A stretch of DNA of 64,000 nt from Octopus sinensis (taxonomy: Eukaryota), in the NCBI RefSeq assembly GCF_006345805.1, contig NC_043004.1, forward strand, positions 96,968,001 to 97,032,000. Reading direction: 5' to 3'. The notes under the pieces were generated by a model that saw only the letters and a program-made list of their open reading frames with translations, was not told the origin of the DNA and made no database searches. Below, piece by piece: positions 41,246 through 54,142 of this stretch. Position 1 is the stretch's first letter. Every line of letters begins with the position of its first letter. The position numbers were made by a program, and so were the translations under genes.

Positions 41246-42034
41246 ATCATATGATATAATATATTTATATATGTGTGTGTGTGTGGTGTGTTAGTGGTGT
41301 GTGTATTTATATATAGATTATAATGTACATTCATAACACTATTCAGATTGAATGGAACATTAAGCTGAGTCTGATGGTTTATTCAACCAGCAAAAACAGG
41401 TAGGATACTTTAATAAATAGAAAATGGTGGTCAGTTTGTATTCTAAATTTGTTAAATTTTCTATTAAAGGATATTTTAAATATATTTTATGTGATAATTA
41501 GTTCCAGTTCAGTTTATCCATAGGTCTGATACTTTCCTAGTTTATTTTAACACTTGACCAACGACTGACTTGTATCAATTTATCTCCATTTACAGTTTTT
41601 TAATGCATCTGTAACATTATATAATTATTTTAAAAAGATTTTCATTTTATTTGGAAAAAGATTTTCATTTTATTTGTATTTTATTCTTTCTTTTATACAT
41701 TTTAAATATATTTTTCTATTGCTTTTTACTTTATGTCTCTTCACCTGTTCGATTTAATGCACATAATTTCGAATTTGTTTTTTTTTAGGAAAAAAATTCT
41801 TTCATTGAAAATTTAACAAATATTGCTAACAACCTAACCATTTCCTTCTATTTAATTAAGCTTTCTATCTGTTTTACAATATAAATACCAAAAGAACATC
41901 TTTCTTTTACAGTGTGAAAAAAACCGTCAGGTGAAACTTAATGTCCCACTGAACAATTTTGTAATAAATACTGTTCTTCAGTATTGAACCTTCCCATCAA
42001 TAAAGGTCCTTATTATCATCATCATCATTAATAC

Positions 42035-42119
<85 letters not shown>

Positions 42120-42674
42120 GAGTGAGAGAGCAGTTCATGCCATCAAAGTGACACTGGGGTAAAATATACGAAGCCCAATATACCCATCATGACTACCCGT
42201 CTGATAAAGGTACACCAGGCACATGCATCACAACCATATGTGCGCGACATGGTGATCTCATATCAAGATAAACAGCACATGACCTTGCAGGTGGGGCCCA
42301 GTTAGAATTTTCTTCAGGTTGAGTAGCCCATCCCGCTCAAACGGTCCCTGAATAAGGGTTGTTTAAGGATGTTGAAAGAACCACCCATGTTTCCAGAGGT
42401 GAACTATTCAAACCCCAAAGAATCCCTCTCAACACATGGCTATGATGCTCCCCCACTACTTCTGCTCGTGATCAGAGATGCACATATCGTCAGCCACTAA
42501 GGGACATGCTCAACTGGTTATGGTCAAACAACTGACAAGCAAATCTGTGGTATTGAGCAGAATATTTGCTGTAGCCCATCTTTTATACCAAGACAAAACA
42601 ATGTACATGATAACACTTCCAATCAGTTAAGATCAGAAGCCATGAGAGCCACTGCCTGGTACTGCATCAGGGCA
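42120..42674 (-). mobile_element. ~555-bp complex-sequence insert inside an (AAT)n microsatellite (family F)
   Basis: Sharp junctions with (TTA)n on both sides; no ORF, TIR or tRNA boxes recognised; strand is a guess. Confidence 0.5.
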
Positions 42675-42681
42675 ATTATTA

Positions 42682-42712
<31 letters not shown>

Positions 42713-42774
42713 TATTATTATTATTTTTATTATTATTATTATCATTATTATTATTATTATTATTATTATCATTG

Positions 42775-42847
<73 letters not shown>

Positions 42848-42909
42848 TATTATTATTATTTTTATTATTATTATTATCATTATTATTATTATTATTATTA
42901 TTATCATTG

Positions 42910-42948
<39 letters not shown>

Positions 42949-42994
42949 CTATTATTATTATTGTTTATTATTATCATTATTATTATGATTATTA

Positions 42995-43031
<37 letters not shown>

Positions 43032-43280
43032 CATCATCATCATTATTATTATTATTATTATTATCATTATTATCATTATTATTATTATTATTATTATTTA
43101 TTATTATTATCATTATTATTATTATTGTTACTATTATCATTATTATTATCATTATTATTGTTATTATATATTATTATTATTATTATTATTATTATTATCA
43201 TATTATTATTATTATTATTATTATTATTATCATTATTATTATTATTGTTACTATTATCATTATTATTATCATTATTATTA

Positions 43281-43327
<47 letters not shown>

Positions 43328-43375
43328 TTCATTATCATTATTATTATTATTATTATTGTTGTTGTTGTTATTATT
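42674..43375. repeat. ~700-bp (TTA/TCA)n microsatellite with internal higher-order duplication
   Basis: Direct reading. Confidence 0.95.
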
Positions 43376-44325
43376 ATCGTCTTAAAATATCCTGAAATAG
43401 TAGCCTTAAATTAACACTGAAACACACACACATACACACACTCATACGCACATTTGTATACATGTATTATTTATACAAATTGCAGACACACTCACATACA
43501 TACACACGCACGTACGCACACACACACATGAATATATGAAATTTATATTAGGCACACGCACACACACACACACACACATATATTATATATATATAAATTG
43601 CCATCTTTAATTTCATTTGAGATTGTTCTGCTATGCTGTGAACATAGAATTTCAAAAGAAGAAAATATTTCCTGTCTGAGAAAATATTGTTACATGTTTC
43701 AAACATGATGAATGGAAACATGGGCTGTGATAAGACACACACACATGATTGGGTTCAGGAATTTAACCTCGTATCATGTTCATTTTCGTTATTTTCTATT
43801 TATTGTCACTATTTAATCATTTAATGTTGTTGTTGTTGCTGTTGTAGCTATTGATGTTGAATATCGTATTTTTGTTGTCCCTTCTTTTTGTCGTTTTTTT
43901 TTTTGGTGGGTGGGGCAGAGCTTGCGTCCCTTCTTTGTGTCTGTGCCTGCTTAATTCTTCTTTTCATCGTTACTGTGTACTTATTATATTTACACTTTCT
44001 TCTACTTATTATAGTCTTACTGCCTGCATTATCTCTCTATGTATGTATGTGTACATAGACGTACATCTATATGTATATATATATATTTACACACATACAC
44101 ACATACACACACACACACATATATATACACATATATATATATTAATCTGAAGTTATTTCGAGTGTTGACGCTTGTTTCTGGTTACAGCTAAAATGCCATT
44201 GCCGATTATATTGTTTGTTTGTTCTATCTGTTCTCTTCCGTCTTGTTGGAATCATTCTCGACAGCTTAACAACAACAACAACAACAACAACAGCAGCAGC
44301 AGCAACAGCATCAGCCACACCAACA

Positions 44326-46082
44326 ACAGAAACATTTAAAGAAGACAAGGAAACAAAAGAGAAAAGGAAAACAACACAAGAGAGAATAAGAAAAGATGGT
44401 AATGAAAGAGAGCAAGAGAAAGGAGAGAGAGAGAGGAATAAAGAGAGAGAGAGAATGTGAGAAAGAGAGAGAGTATGTGAGAAAGAGAGAGACAATGGGA
44501 GAAAGAGAGAGACAATGGGAGAAAGAGAGAGACAATGTGAGAAAGAGAGAGACAATGTGAGAAAGAGAGAGAGAGAATGTGAGAAAGAGAGAGAGAGAGA
44601 ATGTGAGAAAGAGAGAGACGATGTGAGAAAGAGAGAGAGAAACAATGTGAGAAAGAGAGAGAGAGACAATGTGAGAAAGAGAGAGAGAGACAATGGGAGA
44701 AAGAGAGAGACAATGTGAGAAAGAGAGAGAGAGACAATGGGAGAAAGAGAGAGAGAATATGAGAAAGAGAGAGACAATGTGAGAAAGAGAGAGAGAGAGA
44801 GAAAGTGAGAAAGAGAGAGAGAATGTGAGAAAGAGAGAGAGCGAATGTGAGAAAGAGAGAGAGACAATGTAAGAAAGAGAGAGAGAGAGACAATGGGAGA
44901 AAGAGAGAGAGAATGGGAGAAAGAGAGAGAGAGACAATGTGAGAAAGAGAGAGAGAGAGACAATGGGAGAAAGAGAGAGAGACAATGGATAAAGAGAGAG
45001 AGAGAATGTGAGAAAGAGAGAGAGAGAACTAAACAAAACAAAATCAAAATGTGAACTGCAACAACAATCACGTCAGCAATAATACTGGCACCTCTTGTCC
45101 AATGATGATGATATAGAATGAAGCCATAGTACAAAGTGTGCTGAAAATATTTCGTTAACAGGGAGCAGAAAGAACTTGTCTGCTACAGAACTCTAATTTC
45201 ACAACATCTTTTGTTTTTTGTTTCTTTTTATTTTGCAGACAGATTTTTGTTTCATATTTTTTTTTACTCTGTCTCTTCTCTTTCTTTCTCCTTCTTTCTT
45301 GTACAGTAAATTTTATTTTTTTCTCAAATTTTCTGTAGCTTTCTCTTTCACTCTGTTCTGACAATTTTCCTTACTCTCCTACTTTTCTCTCTCTCACTCT
45401 TTCACACACACACGCACTCTCTCTCTCTCTTTCGTACCTCTTTCTCTCACGTACATCTTTCCCTCTTCTACTTCCTTCTTTCTCATACCTCAGCCATTCT
45501 CAGAGTCTGACTCTTTCTCCCTCTTTCTCACATTGTCTCTCTCTTTCTCACATTCTCTCTCTTTCTCACATTGTCTCTCTCTCTCTTTCTCACATTGTCT
45601 CTCTCTTTCTCACATTCTCTCTCTTTCTCACATTCTCTCTCTCTCTCTTTCTCCCATTGTCTCTCTCTTTCTCCCATTCTCTCTCTCTTTCTTTCTCCCA
45701 TTGTCTCTCTCTTTCTCCCATTGTCTCTCTCTTTCTCACAATGTCTCTCTCTCTTTCTGACATTCTCTCTCTCTCTTTCTCCCATTGTCTCTCTCTTTCT
45801 CCCATTGTCTCTCTCTTTCTCCCATTGTCTCTCTCTTTCTCCCATTGTCTCTCTCTTTCTCCCATTCTCTCTCTCTTTCTTTCTCCCATTGTCTCTCTCT
45901 TTCTCACAATGTCTCTCTCTTTCTCACAGATTCTCACTCTTTCTCACATTATCTCTCTCTCTTTATTCCTCTCTCTCTCTTTTCTCTTGCTCTCTTTCTT
46001 TACCATCTTTTCTTATTCTCTCTTGTGTTGTTTTCCTTTTCTCTTTTGTTTCCTTGTCTTGTTTTCTTCAAGTGTCTTCTGT
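44326..46082. repeat. Inverted duplication containing GAGAAAGAGAGAGACAATG(T/G) minisatellite arrays
   Basis: Arms ~44326-45027 and ~45515-46082 are reverse complements, including the non-array flank; ~490-bp spacer. Confidence 0.85.
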
Positions 46083-46099
46083 CAGTCCACGGCACCGCA

Positions 46100-47720
46100 A
46101 CCATGAGCTGGTAGAAGACGCAGAGGTGTTGGTAGTTCCGGTGGTAGCATTGATGGTGGTAGTGGTGATAACGCTGTGATGGTACTGGTGGCGGTGGTGG
46201 TAGAGATCGTGATTATAGCAATAGTGACAATGACGGTAGTGGTGATGTAGACGGCGGTGATGGTGGTAGTGGCAATGATGATGATGGTGGTGGTGGTAGT
46301 GGTTGTGATGGTGGTGATGATAGTGATGGTAACGGTGTTGATGCTACTAGTGGTGGCGGCGGCGGCAGTGGTTGTGGTGGTGGTTGTGGTGGTGGTTGTG
46401 GTGGTGGTTGTGGTCGTGGTCGTGGTGATGGTGATGGTTGCAGTTGTGCTGGAGGTGATGGAGGTGATGGTGGCGATGATGGTGGTGGTGGTGGTAGTGG
46501 TTGTGATGGTGGTGATGATGGTGATGGTAACGGTGTTGATGCTACTATTGGTGGCGGCGGCGGCAGTGGTTGTGGTGGCGGCGGCGGCAGTGGTTGTGGT
46601 GGTGGTGGTGGTGGTGGTGATGGTGATGGTTGCAGTTGTGCTGGAGGTGATGGCGATGGTGGCGGTGGTGGCGGTGATAGTGGTGGGGGTGCTGGAGGTG
46701 ATGGTGGTGATGGCAATGATGATGATGGTGGTGGTGGTGGTGGTGGTAGTGGTTGTGATGGTGGTGATAATGGTGATGGTAACGGTGTTGATGTTACTGG
46801 TGGCGGCGGCGGCGGCAGTGGTTGTGGTGGTGGTGGTGGTGGTGGTGGTAGTTGTACTGGAGGTGATGGTGGTGGTGATGGTGACGGTGGCGGTGGTGGT
46901 GTTGGCAGTGGTGATGGTGATAGTAGTGGCGGCGGCGGATGTGAAGGTGGTACTGCAAGTATCAAAACATTCCAGATATTTTGGGTTTCCGCCGCAGCTC
47001 ATCATTCGCTTCACTTGAAGAATTTCACACTTTTGTTTTTGCTAAATAGATAAAAGACAATCACTACCATCTGGGTCCATAGCTTCATCTAGCAGCACAG
47101 TTCAGCGTTTAGTTTCTAATTTCAATTTTCTTCTTTTTCTTGTTCTTCCTTTGGCTCTCGTTGTTGTTGTTGTTGTTGCTATTGTTGTTGTTGTTCTTCT
47201 TTTTCTATTTTCTTCTCATCCTCCATGACAACCACCGCAATCCACTGCCACCACCATCACGACGACGACGACCATCACCACCACCACCACCACCATTATC
47301 ACCATCACCACCAGCACCACCACGGCCACCAACCACCACCAAGGCCACCGATGCCTCCCACCTCCACCATCATCACCAGCATCACCTCCACCATCACAAC
47401 CACCACCACCACCACCACCCCCACCACCACCACCATCATCACCATCATCACCACCACCACCAAGGCCACCGATGCCTCCCACCTCCACCAGCATCACCAC
47501 CATCACCTCCTCCACCGCGTCCACCACCACCACCATCAACACCACCGCCACCACCACCACCGCCACCACCACCACCACTACCACCACCAAGTCCACCGAT
47601 GCCTCCCACCTCCACCATCATCACCACCATCACAACCACCACCACCACCAGCATCATCATTATCATTGTCGGCGTCGTCGTCGTCGTCGTTATCGCCGTC
47701 ATCATGATCACCACCACGCC
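46100..47720. repeat. (GGT/GAT)- and (ACC/ATC)-rich cryptic trinucleotide arrays on opposite strands
   Basis: Higher-order units GGTAACGGTGTTGAT x3 and CCACCGATGCCTCCCACCTCC x3. Confidence 0.9.
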
Positions 47721-48001
47721 TTACTCATTTTAGTGATTTTTTTGGCCTTCTTTTCTGTTTGTTTACTTTTGTGGCAAGAAACATTGTAAGACTGGATCCA
47801 ATATAAAAACGGTCGACTCGTTTAGCTAATTGCTTTATTTATCCTCGTTTGAGTTATTATATAAAAGAAAAAAATAGATACGAGCCACTTGTTTTAATAA
47901 ATAGTCTTACACTGAGTATGTTTCATTCTCTAGTTGAGAAAATATTAGTGTATGCATGAATATGTCTGTATATATGTTTGTTTGTCTGAGAGTGAGGAAG
48001 T

Positions 48002-48040
<39 letters not shown>

Positions 48041-48062
48041 CGAACAGAAAGAAATAGAGGGA

Positions 48063-48395
48063 TATATGGCTCAGTGGTTAGAGCATTGAGCTTACGATTG
48101 CGAGGTTGTGAGTCCGAATCCCGGACCGGGCTGCGTGTTGTGTTCTTGAGCAAGACACTTTATTTCACGTTGCTCCAGTTCCTCAGCTGTAGAAATGAGT
48201 TGCGACATAACAGGTGCCAAGCTATATCGGCCCCTTTGCCTTTCCCTTGGATAACACTGGTGGTGTCGAGAGGGGAGGCCGGTATGCATGGGCGACTGCT
48301 GGTCTTCCATAAAACAACCTTGCTCGGACTTGTGCCTAGGAGGGTAACTTCCTAGGTGCAATCGCATGGTCAGTCATAACCGAAAGGGGTCTCAG
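48063..48395 (+). mobile_element. SINE-E (tRNA head + CTTGAGCAAGACACTT core + stem-loop tail)
   Basis: A/B boxes GGCTCAGTGG / GTCCGAATCC; older minus-strand copy at ~4950-5165. Confidence 0.75.
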
Positions 48396-48640
48396 CAATA
48401 TATAAATGGAACAAAAACGCAATAGAGTACAATAAAATATTCGGACAGGCAAAAAAAAAGACGGATCATTCGTGACCTTCTTACCTCAGTCAAGTCCCAG
48501 AATTCATGACCATATATATATATATATATATATATATATTACCGGAGTAAACACATAAATGTGAAACAAGGTGGAAAAAAGAGTACTCAAATACCAGTGG
48601 TAGAGTAATATGCTTTATTTTAAGCAGCAGAAAATTCAAC

Positions 48641-48688
48641 AAAATCTGTTACTCTGAGTTTCTCGTTGCCGTTCATCAGACAGTTTTT
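48641..48688 (-). ncRNA. Type I hammerhead ribozyme motif, family A (left arm of palindrome)
   Basis: Minus strand AAAAACTGT-CTGATGA-ACG-gcaa-CGA-GAA-ACTC-a-GAGT-A^ACAG-a-TTTT: full CUGANGA/GAAA core, GUA cleavage triplet, stem I pairing, near-palindromic stem III. The stem II closing pair is an A-A mismatch. Confidence 0.8.
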
Positions 48689-50992
48689 GCTAGAATGGAA
48701 CTTATATATTAATTCAATCTATACTCTTACAAACGCTACACCTTTAAAAAGAAATGGACTTGTTTGATTGGCCCTTTAGAAAAAACGGTCAATCTTCGAG
48801 CGATAAACAAAAAGGTCAAAAATATATGTATATATATATATAATAACTTATAAAAATTATAAAATCCGAGGAAAAAACCGAGGAAAAAACCTATTGCCGT
48901 TAATGAAGACAGTACAAATTAATGCATAGAAATTAAACCTGTTATAAATACTGCAATACATATTTATATTAAAATCTACATATATATATCAACATACACA
49001 AAAGGATGCGCGTAAACGCCATACATACATATACAGACGTATGAATATGAATCTAAATATACACATAAAAGCATGTGTACATATATTCACGCAAACCGTC
49101 TCGCACGCAAGCTAAAATTCATCTATGTAGCAATTCTCATATACTGAGCAAGGAGGGGGAACGAAAGAAATGAAAGAGAGAAAAAGGAACGAAGGAGGGG
49201 TGGGGAAAAACCTGTAACGATGTTATTGGCATCTATAGAGACCAGTATACATGCACAAGTTTGAATTGATACATATACATACCGTCGTGTATATGTGTGC
49301 TTAAGCACAAGCATACTTTCACTTACACATACACAGATACGCATGCTTACAAATACATATGCTTTGCTATACCATACTTATAAAACATTCTAATTTTGAC
49401 AACATTGCTTTTTTTAAAAAAAACATTGCTTTTAAAAAATGGGTGCATTAATAAAAATATATACGAAAGACATATAAAATAAAATATAACATCCTATTTT
49501 GGGTCATTTATAAATAATCAAGGTAATATAAATAATCAAGGTAATCCTATGCAATACATAACATGAAAAACAAGTTTGTAGGTTTTTCCTAATTATATGT
49601 AGAAACATAAGACTTTGCTATAAATCCGTCGTAGCGCTCAAGAGTCAAAATCAAAAATCAAAAATCAAAAATACAAAATATATACTCTATCCATATGGTA
49701 TATTATATTCGACATTTTAAATTAGCCGCGTGCCTACATAAGTTCTTAACTCACTTCTTTGATTCAAAGAATTATTGTCTTTGAATAAGATGTGCATTTT
49801 CTCTAATAGGCAAAGTCTGCACTTGAAATTATATTTGTAAGCTCCATACAGGCATGGAGCTTACAAATATAATTCAAGTGCAGACTTTGCCTATTAGAGA
49901 AAATGCACATCTTATTCAAAGACAATAATTCTTTGAATCAAAGAAGTGAGTAATGAACTTATGTAGGCACGCGGCTAAATTTAAAATGTCGAATATAAAT
50001 ATACCATATGGATAGAGTATATATTTTGTATTTTTGATTTTTGATTTTGATTTTGACTCTTGAGCGCTACGACGGATTTATAGCAAAGTCTTATGTTTCT
50101 ACATATATATTAGGAAAAACCTACAAACTTTGTTTTCATGTTATTGTATTGCATAGGATTACCTTGATTATTTATAAATGACCCAAAATAGGATGTTATA
50201 TTTTATTTTATATGTCTTTCGTATATATTTTTTATTAATGCACCCATTTTTTAAAAGCAATGTTTTTTTTTAAAAAAAAGCAATGTTGTCAAAATTAGAA
50301 TGTTTATATAAGTATGTGTATAGCAAAGCATATGTATTGTAAGCATGCGTATCTGTGTATGTGTAAGTGAAAGTATGCTTGTGCTTAAGCACACATTACA
50401 CGACGGTATGTATATGTATCAATTCAAACTTGTGTATGTATACTGGTCTGTATAGATGCCAATAACATCGTTACAGGTTTTTCCCCACCCCTCCTTCGTT
50501 CCTTTTTCTCTCTTCCCTTCTTTCGTTCCCCCTCCTTGCTCAATATATGAGAATTGCTACATAGATGAATTTTAGCTTGCGTGCGAGACGGTTTGCGTGA
50601 ATATATGTACACATGCTTTTATGTGTATATTTAGATTCATATTCATACGTCTGTATATGTATGTATGGCGTTTACGCGCATCCTTTTGTGTATGTTGATA
50701 TATATATGTAGATTTTAATATAAATATGTATTGCAGTATTTATAACAGGTTTAATTTCTATGCATTAATTTGTACTGTCTTCATTAACGGCAATAGTTTT
50801 TTCCTCGGTTTTTCTCGGATTTTATAATTTTATAAGTTATTATATATATATATACATATATTTTTGACCTTTTTGTTTATCGCTCGAAGATTGACCGTTT
50901 TTTCTAAAGGGCCAATCAAACAAGTCCATTTCTTTTTAAAGGTGTAGCGTTTGTAAGAGTATAGATTGAATTAATATATAAGTTCCTCTAGC

Positions 50993-51040
50993 AAAAACTG
51001 TCTGATGAACGGCAACGAGAAACTTAGAGTAACAGATTTT
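50993..51040 (+). ncRNA. Type I hammerhead ribozyme motif, family A (right arm of palindrome)
   Basis: AAAAACTGT-CTGATGA-ACG-gcaa-CGA-GAA-ACTT-a-GAGT-A^ACAG-a-TTTT. Confidence 0.8.
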
Positions 51041-51914
51041 GTTGAATTTTCTGCTGCTTAAAATAAAGTATATATATATATATTAATATATATATATATA
51101 TATATATATATACAAATTGAGATAGGGGTTGTAAATGCAACCCTCCATGGGATAACATTATGCCAATATACTGCTAGTGAAGTACCCAACAAAGTTAATA
51201 CAAATGTTAAGAATTGCGATGCAATTAATTCATTTACTGTATTATATGGGCCAAAGGTAAAATGTCTTACCACAAATTCATAATACAAAATAAGGAAATG
51301 GAGAAATACATCCAAATCAAATATCAATTACCAGATAATACCCAATCACATACTTTATTAAACCACCACGTAAGATGTAGTCTATATTTATATTTATATT
51401 TACTTATATTTATATTCTCTTATACAAATTGTACTTATTGTATAACATTACTCTTTTATGCTCACTCCTTTACGTACACTGTTTTGTTCTACATTATTAT
51501 GTTTGACCTTAAAGTTTCTTATGTAGTGGTTTAATAAAGTATATATATATATAAAGAGGACAAAAAAACGTTAAGGTGAGACACACTATTATTGTTGGAA
51601 AAGTTCAGTCTTGTAGCTGTTTCTGGGATATCCCAGAGTATGAGATATTCCGTCTTGGCTATAACCTTGGAGCCATGGTAATCCGTTATCTAGCGTACCT
51701 AGTCGTCTAGATCACCTGTGAACTACATCCCCCATACTTTGTATATATGTGTGTGTATATTATAGTCAAAATAAGCTACAAGGCTATCCAGTTTCAAGAA
51801 ACTCCATTTAATTGAACAATGCAATCATTCCATCAATTTAAATTCTGGTGCCTCAACTTAAATACCATATTTATCTGAATCTAAAGTTTTGCTATGCGTG
51901 TGTATATATATATA

Positions 51915-52090
51915 TTTTTTCTCCTTGTTTCTCTCCGTGTTTCTTTTCTGTGTATCTTTACGTTGAAGAGCATAGGCTCGAAACGTAAAAGACTTGTTTT
52001 ATTTCTATTCCTGAGCGCCATACTAATACAATTGTTTGTTTGTACTCCACCTGCCTTTGTCTTTTGTTTATTTTCGTAAAGCTTCCCGTT
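51915..52090 (+). mobile_element. Family B-related pLTR unit with degenerate hammerhead
   Basis: TCTTT-acgttga-a-GAGC-atag-GCTC-GAAAC-GTA^AAAGA: stems intact, core mutated; flanked by (TA)n on both sides. Confidence 0.6.
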
Positions 52091-52106
52091 ATATATATAT
52101 ATATTA

Positions 52107-52140
<34 letters not shown>

Positions 52141-52338
52141 GCCTGAGGCTATAGAAGACACTTGTCCAAGATGCTACGCAGTGGGACTGAACCCGGAACC
52201 ATGTGGGAAGCAAGCTTCTTACCACACAGCTATGCCTACGCCTATATATACATACATACATACATACGTACATACATACATATATACATACATACATGCA
52301 TACACACATACATACATATATATATACGTACATAAAGA

Positions 52339-52728
52339 GTCATTTGATTGTGGTCATACTGGAGCACTGCCTTCAAGTGTTTTTTTTTAGTCGAAGAAAT
52401 CGACCCCAGGACTTATATTTTGTAAGCTTAGTACATATTCTATCGCTGTTTTTTTTTTTTTGCCGAACGGGAATATAGACTCACCAATATCAATTGTCAA
52501 GCGATGGCGATATGAGGACAGACGCAGACACAAAAACTAACACATAGATATTTACATATATCTATACGGTGGGCTTCTTTCACTTTCCGTCTACCGAATC
52601 CACTCACAAGGCATCTATCGGCTTGACGCTATAGCAGAAGACACTTGCCTAAGGTGCCATGCAGTGAAGCTGAACCTGGAACCATTTGGTTGGAAGCAAG
52701 CTTCTTACTACAGAGCCACGCCTGCACC
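52339..52728 (-). mobile_element. SINE-A (diverged; a partial + strand fragment lies at ~52140-52242)
   Basis: Same consensus. Confidence 0.85.
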
Positions 52729-52925
52729 TATGTTTATTCATTTTTAAAACATCAGTCCTTATTTCAACTGTTTTACTGAACTACGTAAAGACTATTGTTT
52801 TGTTTGTTTCTTCTTTTTTTTAAAGGAACTTCATTCTCCAAATGATGTGTTTCAAGGAATAATTGAAAATTAGCTAAAACATGCATTTTTAGAACTTTAC
52901 AGTTTGCATACGTAATGTTGGTGTA

Positions 52926-53563
52926 TACGAGGGGATGTTGAAAAATTCCTGGCTTAAGGGTGTTGCAGAAGGTCTGGTTGAAGGCCCAACCTTCCAAATT
53001 CTTTTACAGGGCTTAGAAAAACTGAAGGACCACTGCAATAAGTGAGTGAATCTGAGAGGGAAATACGTTGAATAAGATCAAAAGGCGCAGGAGTGACTGT
53101 GTGGTAAGTAGCTTGCTAATCAACCACATTGTTCCGGGTTCAGTCCCACTGCGAGGCATCTTGGGCAAGTGTGTTCTACTATAGCCTCGGGCTGACCAAA
53201 GCCTTGTGAGTAGATTTGGTAGACAGAAACTGAAAGAAGCCTGTCGTATATGTGTATATATATATATGTATGTGTGTTTGTGTGTCTGTGTTTGTCTCCC
53301 TAGCATTGCTTGACAACCGATGCTGGTGTGTTTACGTCCCCGTCACTTAGCGGTTCGGCAAAAGAGTCCGATAGAATAAGTACTGGGCTTACAAAAGAAT
53401 AAGTCCCGGGGTCGATTTGCTCGACTAAAGGCGGTGCTCCAGCATGGCCGCCCTCAAATGACTGAAACAAGTAAAAGAGAAAAGAGAGTAAAAGAGTATA
53501 ATTAACCGATCCTCCAGTGTTTTCTTTTATCCAAAGCTAGGAACTTTTCGGCATTCCCTCGTA
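52926..53563 (+). mobile_element. Internally deleted mariner (MITE) interrupted by SINE-A
   Basis: TIRs TACGAGGGGATGTTGAAAAATTCCTGGCTT / AAGCTAGGAACTTTTCGGCATTCCCTCGTA; retains the transposase C-terminus GLEKLKDHCNK*VNLRGKYVE*. Confidence 0.8.
53084..53497 (+). mobile_element. SINE-A nested in mariner MITE
   Basis: Same consensus. Confidence 0.9.
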
Positions 53564-53753
53564 TGTTGGAAATTTGCAATCCGAAGAATAAATTTGTTTA
53601 ATAATTTTAAAATATAATAAATGCTTTCATTTATTCTATTCTTTTTAATGTGATGAATAAATACTTTTCGTACGTAGTTTGTTTCAACTATAAGTCAAAG
53701 CTCGAAATTCGAAAAAAAACGTTTGATTCATCTCGGTACATCGACCTCTGTAT

Positions 53754-54142
53754 GTGGAGGCGCAATGGCCCAGTGGTTAGGGCAGCGGACTCGCGGTCAT
53801 AGGATCGCGGTTTCGATTCCCAGACTGGGCGTTGTGAGTGTTTATTGAGCGAAAACACCTAAAGCTTCACGATGCTCCGGCAGGGGGTGGTGGTGATCCC
53901 TGCTGTACTCTTTCACCACAACTTTCTCTTACTTCCTGTTTCTGTTGTGCCTGTATTTCAAAGGGCCGGCCTTGTCACTCTCTGTGTCACGCTGAATATC
54001 CCTGAGAACTACGTTAAGGGTACACGTGTCTGTGGAGTGCTCAGCCACTTACACGTTAATTTCACATGCAGGCTGTTCCGTTGATTCGGATCAACCGGAA
54101 CCCTCATCGTCGTAACCGACGGAGTGCTTCCAAAAAAAAAAA
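53754..54142 (+). mobile_element. SINE-C with poly(A) tail and 13-bp TSD, inserted in an old SINE-B tail
   Basis: ACATCGACCTCTG at 53738-50 and 54143-55. Confidence 0.9.

Larger units (their letters stand above)
48541..51073. mobile_element. Giant fold-back (palindromic) non-autonomous Penelope-like/retrozyme element; arms ~48608-49847 and 49854-51073, loop ACAGGC
   Basis: Centre reads GTAAGCTCCAT-acaggc-ATGGAGCTTAC. Reverse-complement identity continues ~1.2 kb each way with scattered substitutions and indels. Each arm ends in an HHR-bearing pLTR-like segment; (TA)n flanks both outer ends; no coding ORF. Confidence 0.85.

Noticed and set aside
44450-45027. Regularly repeated units that could look like a CRISPR array
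   Set aside because: No unique spacers, purine-only minisatellite, eukaryotic context, no cas genes.
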